Shown: piece after piece, positions 19,425 to 29,022 of the stretch
Layout of the letters: each line of letters begins with the position of its first letter
Position numbering within the stretch: the first letter of the stretch is position 1
Made by a program: the position numbers and the translations under genes
From: Candidatus Omnitrophota bacterium
GTDB taxonomy: Bacteria > Omnitrophota > Gorgyraeia > Zapsychrales > Fredricksoniimonadaceae
Length of the DNA: 64,000 nt
Assembly: GCA_015233165.1 (NCBI GenBank)
Contig: JADFYF010000001.1
Span: 7,762-71,761 of the forward strand
Reading direction: 5' to 3'
Notes under the pieces: model-generated
Database searches by the model: none
Seen by the model: only the letters and a program-made list of their open reading frames with translations
Told to the model about the DNA's origin: nothing

Positions 19425-21962
19425 GTGTTTATGTATATAGCTGACTTAGCAAAAGAATTAAAGATTTCTGAAGACGTCATTTTTAATAAACTCAAGAGTT
19501 TGAAACTTAGAGCTAAAGAGGATGGGTCTATTACGGCTGGCGTTGAAATGATTGTGCGTGACGCTTTGGCGGATGATGGTATTGGTCAACGTGTCGAGGA
19601 CGAAGAGCCTAAAAAGAAAACAACAAAGGCTAAATCGCCCAAAGACGCAACCAAAAGCACAACTAAGAAGGATGAGACTTCTTCTAAGAAAGCAACAACT
19701 TCCGCAGAGAAATCAACAAAGGCCAAGAAGTCGGATGCTTCTGCTAAGGAAAAGGCGACTAAAAAGGTTGTTAAGAAATTTGTTCCTGCATTAGTGAAAG
19801 AAGAAGGGGCTCCTTCGGCGGTTAAGCCAAAAGATTTATCTAAAACAGCAGCCGTTGTCGAAGAAGTCAAACCAACGGTTGTTCCTGTTATTGAACCTGA
19901 AGTTAAGGTTCAAGCTGCAAGTCAGCCTGTTAAGGTTGAGGCTCCCAAGGTTGAAATTCCGGCTGCTCCTGTTGCTGCTAAGCCTGTAGTGGATCTTTCT
20001 AAAATTGAAATTCCTAAAGAAATTATTGCTCCGGTAGACCTTAACAAAAAATCTGTTAAATTTGACGCTCCTTTTGAGACGGTTAAACCCTTGTTGAAGA
20101 AACGTAAGGGTGGACGAGGGGATGAAGCTTTTGGTCATGGTCGTTCGGATGTGAAACCATCGCAGACGATTTCCAGCGCGATGGCGAGCGCTGTACCGGC
20201 AGGTCCTATTCAGGATATTGAAATTACGTTTCCTATTACTGTTAATGGTTTTGCGGTACGGATCAATCAAAAAAGTAATGTTGTTCTTAAGAAGCTTCTG
20301 GATATGCGTGTCTTTGCGAATATCAATCAGAATCTCCCTGAAGAAATTGCAACTAAATTAGCAACCGCCTTTGGTTTTAATTTAATTGTCGGAAAGACTC
20401 AGGAAGAAACGTTGGTGGATGTTCACAAGCAGCAGCAGGAAGATCCTAGCTTATTAAAATCGCGAGCCCCTGTGGTTACGTTTATGGGCCATGTTGATCA
20501 CGGTAAGACGTCGCTGTTAGACCGTATCCGTTCTGCTAAGGTTGCCGATGCTGAGCATGGCGGTATTACTCAGCACATTGGTTCCTATTCTGTGGAAATG
20601 CCTAAAGGGCGAATTACATTCTTAGATACCCCTGGTCACGAAGCCTTTACGGCGATGCGCGCTCGTGGCGCTCATGTGACAGATATTGTTGTTCTGGTTG
20701 TTGCTGCTGATGACGGTATTATGCCGCAGACGATTGAAGCGATTAATCATGCCAGAGCGGCTAATGTTCCTATTGTGGTGGCGTTAAATAAGATTGATAA
20801 GAAGTCGGCCGATTCCGATCGTGTTAAGAAACAATTAATGCAATATGATTTAGCTCCTGAAGATTGGGGTGGTAAAACAGTAGTGGTGGGTGTTTCTGCG
20901 ACAACAGGTCAGGGGGTGGATGAGCTTTTAGAATTGATTCTTCTTGAATCTGAATTGTTGGAATTAAAAGCTAACCCTGACAAGAAAGCCTCTGGTATTG
21001 TTATTGAAGCGCATATTAGTAAGGGGCGTGGACCTGTAGCAACTCTGCTTGTCCAAAGCGGTACATTGCAGGAAGGTGATGGGGTTGTTGTGGGACCTCA
21101 TTTTGGTAGAGTCAAAGCATTATTTGATGATCATAAAAAGCAGGTCAAGTTAGCTGGCCCTTCTACTCCTGTTGAGATTTTAGGTTTGTCCGAAGTTCCT
21201 GCTGCGGGTGAAATGTTTTATGCTGTTCAGGATGAAAAAGCCGCTCGTGAAATTGCTCAAACTCGTCAGGATAAGTTGAAAGAAGAAAGATTATCCGGAA
21301 CAGCCAAGGTGTCCTTAGAGGAGCTTTATACGGCTATTCAGGCAGGTGTTAAAGAACTCCGCGTCATTATCAAGGCAGACGTGCAGGGATCGGTGGAAGC
21401 GATTAAAGAAGCTTTAACTAAAATACCTAATACGGAAGTTAAGGTTCGTATTATGCATGCTGCTGCTGGCGATGTGAATGCTTCTGACGTCATTTTAGCT
21501 GTTGCTTCGGAAGCAATTATTATTGCCTTTAACGTTGCTGTTGATACGAAAGCCAAGGAAGAGTTAGAGAATACACCTGTTGATGTTCGTAAGTATCGTG
21601 TTATATACGACGCTGTCGATGATATCCGAAAAGCTTTAGAAGGTCTTTTAGCCCCTAAACTCAAACGTCATTTTGTGGGTAAGGTGGAGATCCGCAACGT
21701 ATTTAAATTAAGTCGTTCAGGTGTAGTCGCGGGTTGTTACGTCCAAAAAGGCAAGATTCGTTCCAAGAGTCAGATTGATATCTTAAGAAATGGTGAGACG
21801 GTTTATACAGGTCATATTAGTTCCTTAAAACGTTTTAAAGACGATGTCAAAGAAGTGGCCGAGAACTTTGAATGCGGTATTACCATCAATGGTTTTGCCA
21901 ATATTCAAGTGGGAGATATTATCGAAGCCTTCGATATTGAATCTATTGCCCGTAAATTGTAA
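19425..21962 (+). CDS. infB: Translation initiation factor IF-2
   Basis: G domain GHVDHGKTSLLD, DTPGHEAF and NKID, with a K/A/P/T-rich low-complexity N-terminus. The start is GTG 19425 or ATG 19431. Confidence 0.95.
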   Translation: MFMYIADLAKELKISEDVIFNKLKSLKLRAKEDGSITAGVEMIVRDALADDGIGQRVEDEEPKKKTTKAKSPKDATKSTTKKDETSSKKATTSAEKSTKAKKSDASAKEKATKKVVKKFVPALVKEEGAPSAVKPKDLSKTAAVVEEVKPTVVPVIEPEVKVQAASQPVKVEAPKVEIPAAPVAAKPVVDLSKIEIPKEIIAPVDLNKKSVKFDAPFETVKPLLKKRKGGRGDEAFGHGRSDVKPSQTISSAMASAVPAGPIQDIEITFPITVNGFAVRINQKSNVVLKKLLDMRVFANINQNLPEEIATKLATAFGFNLIVGKTQEETLVDVHKQQQEDPSLLKSRAPVVTFMGHVDHGKTSLLDRIRSAKVADAEHGGITQHIGSYSVEMPKGRITFLDTPGHEAFTAMRARGAHVTDIVVLVVAADDGIMPQTIEAINHARAANVPIVVALNKIDKKSADSDRVKKQLMQYDLAPEDWGGKTVVVGVSATTGQGVDELLELILLESELLELKANPDKKASGIVIEAHISKGRGPVATLLVQSGTLQEGDGVVVGPHFGRVKALFDDHKKQVKLAGPSTPVEILGLSEVPAAGEMFYAVQDEKAAREIAQTRQDKLKEERLSGTAKVSLEELYTAIQAGVKELRVIIKADVQGSVEAIKEALTKIPNTEVKVRIMHAAAGDVNASDVILAVASEAIIIAFNVAVDTKAKEELENTPVDVRKYRVIYDAVDDIRKALEGLLAPKLKRHFVGKVEIRNVFKLSRSGVVAGCYVQKGKIRSKSQIDILRNGETVYTGHISSLKRFKDDVKEVAENFECGITINGFANIQVGDIIEAFDIESIARKL

Positions 21963-21969
21963 TCTTCTG

Positions 21970-22004
21970 TAGGGAACGGTTTAAAACCGTTCCCTACTTT
22001 CTTA
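21970..22004 (+). terminator. Intrinsic terminator after infB
   Basis: TAGGGAACGGTT-taaa-AACCGTTCCCTA (12-bp stem) followed by CTTTCTTAT. Confidence 0.7.
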
Positions 22005-22008
22005 TCCC

Positions 22009-23001
22009 ATGACGAAGGAACTCCACAAAATAGTTTTTAGCGCTATGCGGCCAACCGGCAAGTTGCATCTGGGTCATTGGCTGGGAGCCTTACAAAACTG
22101 GGTTACTCTTCAAAAAGAGTACAATTGTGTTTTTGCTGTTGCCGATTGGCATGCTCTGATGGGTGAGTATGAGAACAGCCAGCAATTAAAAGAGTATGGC
22201 ATTGATATGGCTATCGATTGGATAGCTTGCGGCATCGATCCTCAGAAATCTATTCTCTATATCCAATCTGAAGTTCAAGAACACCTAGAGTTACAGATGT
22301 TTTTATCTTGTCTGACACCCCTCGGTTGGTTAGAACGTAATCCTACCTATAAAGAACAGCTTCGAGAAATTACCAGTCGTGATCTGCAAACCTATGCCTT
22401 CTTAGGGTATCCTGTTTTGCAGGCGGCTGATATTTTACTTTATAAATCCACCGCCGTTCCTATCGGGGAGGATCAATTGCCTCATTTGGAACTTTGTCGA
22501 GAAATTGCTCGTCGTTTTAATTTTCTTTATAAAAAAGAGGTCTTTCCAGATTGCAAAGCGATTTTAACAGAGACGTCTAGATTATTAGGTGTTGATAATC
22601 GTAAGATGAGCAAGAGTTATGGTAACGCCATTAATTTATCCGATTCTGTCGAGGAGATTACGAAGAAAACACTGACCATGATTACGGATCCCAAAAGAAT
22701 TCGTAAAACTGATCCTGGTCATCCTGAAGAATGCAATGTCTATAGTTATTACAAGGCCTTGGCTCCTGAGCTGCAGGGTGAAGCACATATCTGGTGCACG
22801 CAGGCAACTAAAGGATGTATTGATTGTAAAAGAACGTTAGCTACTAAGCTAACAGATTACCTAGGTCCGATGAGAGAGAAGCGTGCTCAATTAGAAAAAG
22901 ATAAAGATTATATCCGTGATGTTTTAAATGACGGAGCAAAGAAGGCCAAGTCCATTGCATCACAAACCATGGCTGAAGTTCGTCAGGCTGTCTTTGGGTA
23001 A
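22009..23001 (+). CDS. trpS: Tryptophanyl-tRNA synthetase
   Basis: The class I HIGH-type motif (TGKLHLGH) and KMSKS are both present. 330 aa. Confidence 0.9.
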   Translation: MTKELHKIVFSAMRPTGKLHLGHWLGALQNWVTLQKEYNCVFAVADWHALMGEYENSQQLKEYGIDMAIDWIACGIDPQKSILYIQSEVQEHLELQMFLSCLTPLGWLERNPTYKEQLREITSRDLQTYAFLGYPVLQAADILLYKSTAVPIGEDQLPHLELCREIARRFNFLYKKEVFPDCKAILTETSRLLGVDNRKMSKSYGNAINLSDSVEEITKKTLTMITDPKRIRKTDPGHPEECNVYSYYKALAPELQGEAHIWCTQATKGCIDCKRTLATKLTDYLGPMREKRAQLEKDKDYIRDVLNDGAKKAKSIASQTMAEVRQAVFG

Positions 23002-23005
23002 TCCT

Positions 23006-23767
23006 ATGTCCTATAAAATTCAACTTGATAATTTTGAAGGCCCCCTCGATCTTCTTTTATTTCTGATTAAGAAAAACGATATTGATGTCTGCAATATTCC
23101 TATCGCGACCATTACAGATCAATATATGGAATACATCAGTACGATGCAGCTTCTGAATCTAGAAATTGTCGGTGATTTTCTGGTGATGGCAGCGACCTTA
23201 ATGCAGATTAAGTCCAAGATGTTGCTTCCACCCGATCCTTTAGCTAATGCAGGGGAAGAAGCGGATCCTCGCAGCGAATTGGTTCGTCGCCTGCAGGAGT
23301 ATCAATTATTTAAGCAGGTGGCGGATACTTTAAAAGATAAGGAATCTTTCCGCCAGGATTTATTCAGTCGTTTAGTCGATGAGGAAGCTTTGAATCAAAT
23401 CAAGGAAGATTCTCAGGAAGTTTTTATTGAAGCCAGTCTCTTTGATTTAATCAATGCTCTCAACAGCGCCATTGCCAAGGTTCCGGAAAAGAGGACCTAT
23501 CAGGTTAATGAAGATGAGTTTACGGTGGGAGGACAAATGCACTCTATTCTTCATCTATTGATAGAGTCTCCCAAATTTTCTTTAAAGCAATTATTCTACA
23601 GAGCTTCCTGTAAGACGGAAATTATCTGTACCTTTGTCGCTGTTTTGGAACTGATCAAACAAAAAGAAATTATAGCCTTTCAGCGTCGGGCGTTTGATGA
23701 TATTGAAGTGGTCCGTAATTTTTCTAACGAAACAGTCGCAGATCAAAACAAGGGCGAGGCCATCTAA
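23006..23767 (+). CDS. scpA: Segregation and condensation protein A
   Basis: N-terminal FEGPLDLLLFLIKKNDIDV and C-terminal winged-helix region. The start was moved from 22928 to ATG 23006, after the trpS stop. Confidence 0.8.
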   Translation: MSYKIQLDNFEGPLDLLLFLIKKNDIDVCNIPIATITDQYMEYISTMQLLNLEIVGDFLVMAATLMQIKSKMLLPPDPLANAGEEADPRSELVRRLQEYQLFKQVADTLKDKESFRQDLFSRLVDEEALNQIKEDSQEVFIEASLFDLINALNSAIAKVPEKRTYQVNEDEFTVGGQMHSILHLLIESPKFSLKQLFYRASCKTEIICTFVAVLELIKQKEIIAFQRRAFDDIEVVRNFSNETVADQNKGEAI

Positions 23768-23772
23768 AGATC

Positions 23773-24777
23773 ATGGACGAACTCAAACGTCTGGTCATCA
23801 GCGAACAAACCCAGGAAGATGAGGTTATCAGTCTTTCTCTTCGACCTGCGAAGCTGACGGATTTTATAGGCCAAAAAGATCTGGTATCCGCCCTTAAGAT
23901 TTCTATCGATGCCGCCAAGAAACGCGGTGAACCTTTAGAACACACGTTATTCTCCGGCCCTCCCGGATTAGGCAAAACATCCCTGGCTCACATTGTTGCT
24001 AATGAAATGAATAGTCATATTACGATCACGTCCGGTCCTGCCATTCAGCGGGCAGGAGACTTTATCGGAATTCTGACGAATCTCAATAAAGGCGATATTC
24101 TTTTCGTCGATGAAATTCACAGATTACCAAAGACAGTCGAAGAATTCTTATATCCAGCGATGGAAGGATTTAAGATTGATTTTATCGTCGATAAGGGCCC
24201 TTATGCCAAGACTATTAATTTTAATTTAAAGCCCTTCACCTTAATCGGAGCCACCACAAGAAGCGGATTATTAGCCAGCCCCTTAAGAGATCGCTTTGGC
24301 ATCTTTCATCACTTAGAATTTTATGAGAAATCCGACTTAGCGACGATCATCACGGATACAGCCGCTAAACTGAATGTGGCGATTGATCCATCGGCCGCCA
24401 ACGAAATTGCCAACCGTTCTCGGGGAACACCTCGTATTGCCAACAGACTGCTGCGTCGCGCCAGAGATTATGCTCAGGTGAAGGCAGGGAAGAATCATGT
24501 GGATCTCGATGTGGCTGTGGAATGCATGAAGTCTTTGCGGATCGATGAGTACGGATTAGATGATTTGGATCGAAGACTTCTAAGTATTATGAAAACCCAC
24601 TATCAAGGCGGCCCTGTGGGGATTGATGCGCTCTCAGCAACCCTCAATGAAGAAGTCGACACCCTTGTCGATGTCATTGAACCCTACCTCTTAAAGACAG
24701 GATTTCTACGCCGTACGTCGAGGGGAAGGGAACTAACAGATTTATCCTTGAAACATTTGCTTAAATCTAAATTGTAA
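23773..24777 (+). CDS. ruvB: Holliday junction branch-migration helicase RuvB
   Basis: LRP-L-DFIGQ, Walker A GPPGLGKTS, Walker B VDEIHRL and the sensor GTPRIANRLLRR. Confidence 0.95.
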   Translation: MDELKRLVISEQTQEDEVISLSLRPAKLTDFIGQKDLVSALKISIDAAKKRGEPLEHTLFSGPPGLGKTSLAHIVANEMNSHITITSGPAIQRAGDFIGILTNLNKGDILFVDEIHRLPKTVEEFLYPAMEGFKIDFIVDKGPYAKTINFNLKPFTLIGATTRSGLLASPLRDRFGIFHHLEFYEKSDLATIITDTAAKLNVAIDPSAANEIANRSRGTPRIANRLLRRARDYAQVKAGKNHVDLDVAVECMKSLRIDEYGLDDLDRRLLSIMKTHYQGGPVGIDALSATLNEEVDTLVDVIEPYLLKTGFLRRTSRGRELTDLSLKHLLKSKL

Positions 24778-24816
24778 CAATCAATTTAATTAATTCTTTA
24801 GAGCCACCATTTAGTC

Positions 24817-25348
24817 ATGTTTAAGCTGTTTGTATTAGTCATTCTTATTTTATTCTCCATTTTTAAGGTCGTTTTCGCTCAAACAGAGAGAGCATTGCTT
24901 AAGTATCAAATCCTACCGAATTCTTTTGATAAAATAAATATTCCAAAAGATATTTTAGGTGGTCTTGATCCTAAATCTTTATTAGGGCTTAGAGTTGATT
25001 TAAATGCAGATAGGGTCGATGAGTATATTTTAAGAGATGTTGAGTACAGGTGGATGTGGTTATGAAATTTATGATGGAAAAACCCATAGACTTATATCGG
25101 ATAGAATCTTTGGTAGTCCGATATATGTGTTTGATAAAAAAATAAATGATTATAACATTTTAACAGTCTATAGTCATGGGGGTGCAGCTTCGGGGGTTTA
25201 TGAAACCTATGCCTTCGATGGTAAAAATTATTCCTGTGTTTCACTTGTTGATTTAAAGAATGATTCTCTTGATGATTTTTTCAACACTTACGAAAGTGTT
25301 CCTGAGCTTAATAATCAATTTAATCACACTAATAATAAATCAATTTAA
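24817..25348 (+). pseudogene. Secreted hypothetical protein split by an apparent frameshift near 25035-25050
   Basis: ORF 24817-25065 (signal peptide ...DLNADRVDEYILRDVE) and ORF 25037-25348 (STGGCGYEIYDGK...) overlap in different frames. Together they read as one protein. Confidence 0.5.
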
Positions 25349-25386
25349 TCATGTACTAGTTCAAAACCTTTACTATAATACCAATC

Positions 25387-26067
25387 ATGTCTTTTCAAAT
25401 CTTCGATCTAAGCCGCTCCATTACAAAAAAACAAACCGTTGCTATCACAGGCTTAATGCTCATTTCCTTTGTTCTTGTTCATTTGGCAGGGAATTTATTT
25501 ATTTTTGATGGGCCTAAGCCCTTTAATGAGTATGCGGAACATTTAGAGAGATTTGGTATTTTTAAGAAGATTGCAGAATGGGCTCTCTTTCTAGTTTTTC
25601 TTATTCATATTGAACGCGTCACTTCCTTAGTGGTTCAAAATATTCGTGCAGCTGGTGGTCTTAAACGTTACGCGGTGGATAATTCTCGAGGCCCTCGTTC
25701 ATTGGCTACACGATTGATGCCATTTACAGGAACCTTCCTCTTCCTATACTTAATATGCCATTTGTATGATTTTGCCTGGGCGAATGACCAAGGAATTCGT
25801 AGTATGATTAATGGAAAAAGTTTAGGTTTATATGGATTAGTAGTCAATTCTTTTAAAAACCCTATTCATTGCTGGCTGTATGTGGTGGCAATGTATTGTT
25901 TATGTTTGCATTTGACTCATGGGGTGGAAAGTTTCTTTCAAACATTTGGTATTCAAGATAGTCGATTTACTCTTTTGGTTCGTAAGTTAAGTCGAGTATT
26001 TGCTTTAATGATTATGATAGCGTATAGTTCAATTCCTTTATACGTCTTGTACATTTTAAAAATTTAA
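25387..26067 (+). CDS. sdhC: Succinate dehydrogenase / fumarate reductase cytochrome b subunit (single-subunit, 5-TM type B)
   Basis: 226-aa polytopic protein with conserved His residues in TM helices ([23 protein letters not shown]). It lies directly upstream of sdhA/sdhB. Confidence 0.8.
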   Translation: MSFQIFDLSRSITKKQTVAITGLMLISFVLVHLAGNLFIFDGPKPFNEYAEHLERFGIFKKIAEWALFLVFLIHIERVTSLVVQNIRAAGGLKRYAVDNSRGPRSLATRLMPFTGTFLFLYLICHLYDFAWANDQGIRSMINGKSLGLYGLVVNSFKNPIHCWLYVVAMYCLCLHLTHGVESFFQTFGIQDSRFTLLVRKLSRVFALMIMIAYSSIPLYVLYILKI

Positions 26068-26099
26068 TTGGGATAAAGGCAATATGCCTTTACAAAGCT

Positions 26100-28013
26100 A
26101 TGTTAGATTCTAAAATTCCACCGGGTGCAATGAGCGATAAATGGACTGATTTTAAATTCCATGCCAAGCTTGTTAATCCAGCCAATAAACGTAAATATAA
26201 GGTTATAGTCGTCGGAACAGGTTTAGCTGGTGCTTCCGCTGCGGCTTCTTTGAGTGAATTAGGATATCAGGTCGAAAGCTTTTTCTTTCAGGATTCTCCT
26301 CGTCGCGCCCATTCCATTGCCGCTCAGGGTGGTATCAATGCGGCTAAGAACTATCCCAATGATGGCGACAGTATCAAACGATTGTTTTATGATACCGTCA
26401 AAGGTGGGGACTTTCGTTCTCGTGAAGCCAATGTGCATCGTTTGGCTGAAGTCAGTAATAGTATTATTGATCAATGCGTGGCGCAGGGTGTTCCTTTTGC
26501 CCGTGAGTACAGTGGCTATTTAGATAATCGTTCCTTTGGTGGGGCTCAGGTGTCTCGTACTTTTTATGCTCGTGGACAAACAGGGCAGCAGCTTCTACTG
26601 GGAGCTTATCAGGCCTTGATGAAGGAAGTCTCTAAGGGCAGCATTAAGCTTCACTCTCGTACGGAGATGCTAGATTTAGTTGTGATTGATGGCGTGGCTC
26701 GAGGGATTATTACACGTAATTTGGTAACAGGCTTGATAGAGTCACATATGGGGGATGCCGTTGTTCTTGGTACTGGTGGTTATGGAAATGTTTTTTATCT
26801 GTCAACGAATGCCAAGGGAAGCAATGTAACAGCCACCTGGCGTGCTCATAAAAAGGGCGCGTTTTTTGCCAACCCTTGTTTTACTCAAATTCATCCCACC
26901 TGCATTCCTGTCCACGGTGATTATCAAAGCAAGCTAACCTTGATGAGTGAGTCTTTACGTAACGATGGTCGTGTTTGGGTTCCCAAAACTCCTGGGGACC
27001 AACGTAAGCCTACTGATATTCCTGAAGCAGAGCGTGATTATTTCTTAGAAAGAAAATATCCCAGTTTTGGTAACTTAGTTCCTCGGGATATTGCCTCTCG
27101 TAACGCCAAGGAACAGTGTGATGCTGGTCGTGGCGTTGGGGCATCGGGTCAGGCTGTTTATCTGGACTTAGCGGATTCTATTAAGCGCTTGGGTAAGGAA
27201 ACCATTAAGCAGCGTTATGGTAACCTGATTGATATGTATCAGAAGATTGTCGACGACAATCCTTATGAGACACCGATGATGATTTATCCGGCTGTCCATT
27301 ACACCATGGGAGGCTTGTGGGTGGATTATAATTTAATGAGTAATCTCCCTGGGCTGTTTGTGATTGGTGAAGCCAATTTCTCAGATCATGGAGCGAATCG
27401 TTTGGGAGCTAGTGCTCTGATGCAGGGATTGGCAGATGGCTATTTTGTTTTACCTTATACAATTAGTGATTATTTGGCAAAGAATAAACCAGTTGATCCT
27501 AAACTCAAAGAGCATGCGGAATTTAAGAAATGTGAGAAGGATGTAGCGAATTACATCCAGAAGTTGTTGTCCATTAAGGGTAAGCGCACGGTGGATGATT
27601 TTCATCGTCAATTAGGAAAATTGTTGTGGGATAAATGTGGGATGGCACGTACGGAAGCTGGATTAAAGGAAGCCTTGGTACAGATTCCTAAAATTCGTGA
27701 AGAATTTTGGAAGGATGTCAATGTTTTGGGCTCAGGAGAAGAATTTAATCAGGCGTTAGAACGTGCCGGGCGTGTGGCCGACTTCTTGGAATTTGGAGAG
27801 CTTTTGGTTAAAGATGCTTTAGATAGAGCCGAGTCCTGTGGTGGGCATTTCAGAGAAGAGTATCAAACTCCTGAAGGTGAAGCGCTTCGTCGAGATGATT
27901 TGTATTCCTATGTGGCGGCCTGGCAGTTTAATGGGGTTGGGCAAGTACCAACCTTACATAAAGAAGAATTAAAATTTGAAGAAGTCCATTTAGCACAGAG
28001 ATCTTATAAATAA
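26100..28013 (+). CDS. sdhA: Succinate dehydrogenase / fumarate reductase flavoprotein subunit
   Basis: FAD motif [12 protein letters not shown], the covalent-FAD His region [10 protein letters not shown], and the C-terminal [10 protein letters not shown]. Confidence 0.95.
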   Translation: MLDSKIPPGAMSDKWTDFKFHAKLVNPANKRKYKVIVVGTGLAGASAAASLSELGYQVESFFFQDSPRRAHSIAAQGGINAAKNYPNDGDSIKRLFYDTVKGGDFRSREANVHRLAEVSNSIIDQCVAQGVPFAREYSGYLDNRSFGGAQVSRTFYARGQTGQQLLLGAYQALMKEVSKGSIKLHSRTEMLDLVVIDGVARGIITRNLVTGLIESHMGDAVVLGTGGYGNVFYLSTNAKGSNVTATWRAHKKGAFFANPCFTQIHPTCIPVHGDYQSKLTLMSESLRNDGRVWVPKTPGDQRKPTDIPEAERDYFLERKYPSFGNLVPRDIASRNAKEQCDAGRGVGASGQAVYLDLADSIKRLGKETIKQRYGNLIDMYQKIVDDNPYETPMMIYPAVHYTMGGLWVDYNLMSNLPGLFVIGEANFSDHGANRLGASALMQGLADGYFVLPYTISDYLAKNKPVDPKLKEHAEFKKCEKDVANYIQKLLSIKGKRTVDDFHRQLGKLLWDKCGMARTEAGLKEALVQIPKIREEFWKDVNVLGSGEEFNQALERAGRVADFLEFGELLVKDALDRAESCGGHFREEYQTPEGEALRRDDLYSYVAAWQFNGVGQVPTLHKEELKFEEVHLAQRSYK

Positions 28014-28019
28014 ATATTC

Positions 28020-28098
28020 TGTCATTCCCGAATGCTTTTGTCGGGAATCCAGAGATGGCAAACTACTAGGTCCCCGACTAAAACATTCGGGGACGACA
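28020..28098. repeat. 79-bp palindromic intergenic repeat, copy 1 (between sdhA and sdhB)
   Basis: TGTCATTCCCGAATGCTTTTGTCGGGAATCCAGAG...GTCCCCGACTAAAACATTCGGGGACGACA, with termini TGTCA/TGACA. Related copies lie at 30410-30488 (inverted) and 60493-60573. Confidence 0.85.
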
Positions 28099-28104
28099 AA
28101 GATT

Positions 28105-28857
28105 ATGTCCAAAAAAATAAATTTAACACTTAAAGTCTGGCGTCAGAAAAATTGTAAATCTCCGGGTGCTTTTGAAGTTTATGAAGCTAAGGGTATTGAT
28201 ACGGATATGTCTTTCTTGGAAATGCTCGATGTGGTTAATGAGCGTTTGACTAAAGAAAATATAGACCCCATTTCTTTTGACCATGACTGCCGTGAGGGGA
28301 TTTGTGGGACGTGTGGATCTGTAGTTAATGGTCAGGCGCATGGACCTGTAAAAGGAACAACGCTTTGTCAGCTGCATATGCGTAATTTTACCGACGGTCA
28401 GTTGATTGTTATTGAGCCGTTTCGCGCTAAAGCCTTCCCAGTGATCAATGACCTTGCTGTGGATCGTTCATCGTTTGACCGCATTATTCAATCCGGTGGT
28501 TTTATCTCTATCAAAACAGGTCAGGCCCCTGATGCTCATTCCTTGCCTGTTCTTAAGGGTAGATCCGATTCGGCGATGGACGCTGCCCAATGTATTGGTT
28601 GTGGTGCTTGTGTGGCTGCTTGTCCTAATGCTGCCGCAATGCTCTTTGTGTCTGCTAAGGTCTATCATCTTAATATCTTACCTCAAGGGGAACCTGAACT
28701 TAAAACCCGTACCATTAATATGGTCAAACAAATGGATAAGGAAGGTTTTGGTAACTGCTCAAACGAATACGAATGTGAAGCTGCCTGTCCTAAAGAAATC
28801 AGTGTTTCGCATATCGCCCGCCTTAATCAACAACATCGTAAATCTAATTTTACATAA
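28105..28857 (+). CDS. sdhB: Succinate dehydrogenase / fumarate reductase iron-sulfur subunit
   Basis: [2Fe-2S] [10 protein letters not shown]; [4Fe-4S]/[3Fe-4S] motifs [12 protein letters not shown] and CEAACP. Confidence 0.95.
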   Translation: MSKKINLTLKVWRQKNCKSPGAFEVYEAKGIDTDMSFLEMLDVVNERLTKENIDPISFDHDCREGICGTCGSVVNGQAHGPVKGTTLCQLHMRNFTDGQLIVIEPFRAKAFPVINDLAVDRSSFDRIIQSGGFISIKTGQAPDAHSLPVLKGRSDSAMDAAQCIGCGACVAACPNAAAMLFVSAKVYHLNILPQGEPELKTRTINMVKQMDKEGFGNCSNEYECEAACPKEISVSHIARLNQQHRKSNFT

Positions 28858-28932
28858 TATTACTTCTGTAATATACGTATATCCAGGAGGCATTGATATA
28901 ACTCCTAGTTGTTAATGAATAATATGAATGTG

Positions 28933-28961
28933 TTGACTTTTATATTAAAAATCATTAATCT
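28933..28961 (+). promoter_or_regulatory. Sigma70-like promoter candidate (TTGACT-N17-TAATCT) upstream of hemN
   Basis: TTGACT at 28933-28938 and TAATCT at 28956-28961, in a 165-bp AT-rich gap. Confidence 0.35.
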
Positions 28962-29022
28962 TTCCATCCATAAGTTTGTTAAAATCTTTTATAAATTCGT
29001 CTAATTCTTAGGTTGTGTTTTT

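Noticed and set aside
19836-20270. 144-aa minus-strand ORF. The same applies to the other minus-strand ORFs in the track, for example 61090-61434, 21338-21664, 39954-40265, 47369-47674 and 61988-62302.
   Set aside because: All lie entirely inside well-supported + strand genes (infB, ilvC, the cytochrome genes, leuA). They have low-complexity or R/S/N/F-rich translations typical of antisense shadow frames, and I recognise no motifs in them.
28448-28915. 155-aa + strand alternative-frame ORF overlapping sdhB. Similar overlapping + strand ORFs lie at 19552-19794, 9809-10060, 14784-15011 and 25260-25508.
   Set aside because: They are out of frame with strongly supported genes. The translations are Leu/Val/Arg-rich and motif-free, so they are most likely chance open frames in AT-rich DNA.
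28858-29022. Short palindromes in the sdhB-hemN gap (ATATACGTATAT, ATTAC-N4-GTAAT) as regulatory operators.
   Set aside because: These are single occurrences of short AT-rich palindromes, expected by chance in AT-rich intergenic DNA. Only the TTGACT-N17-TAATCT promoter candidate was kept, at low confidence.
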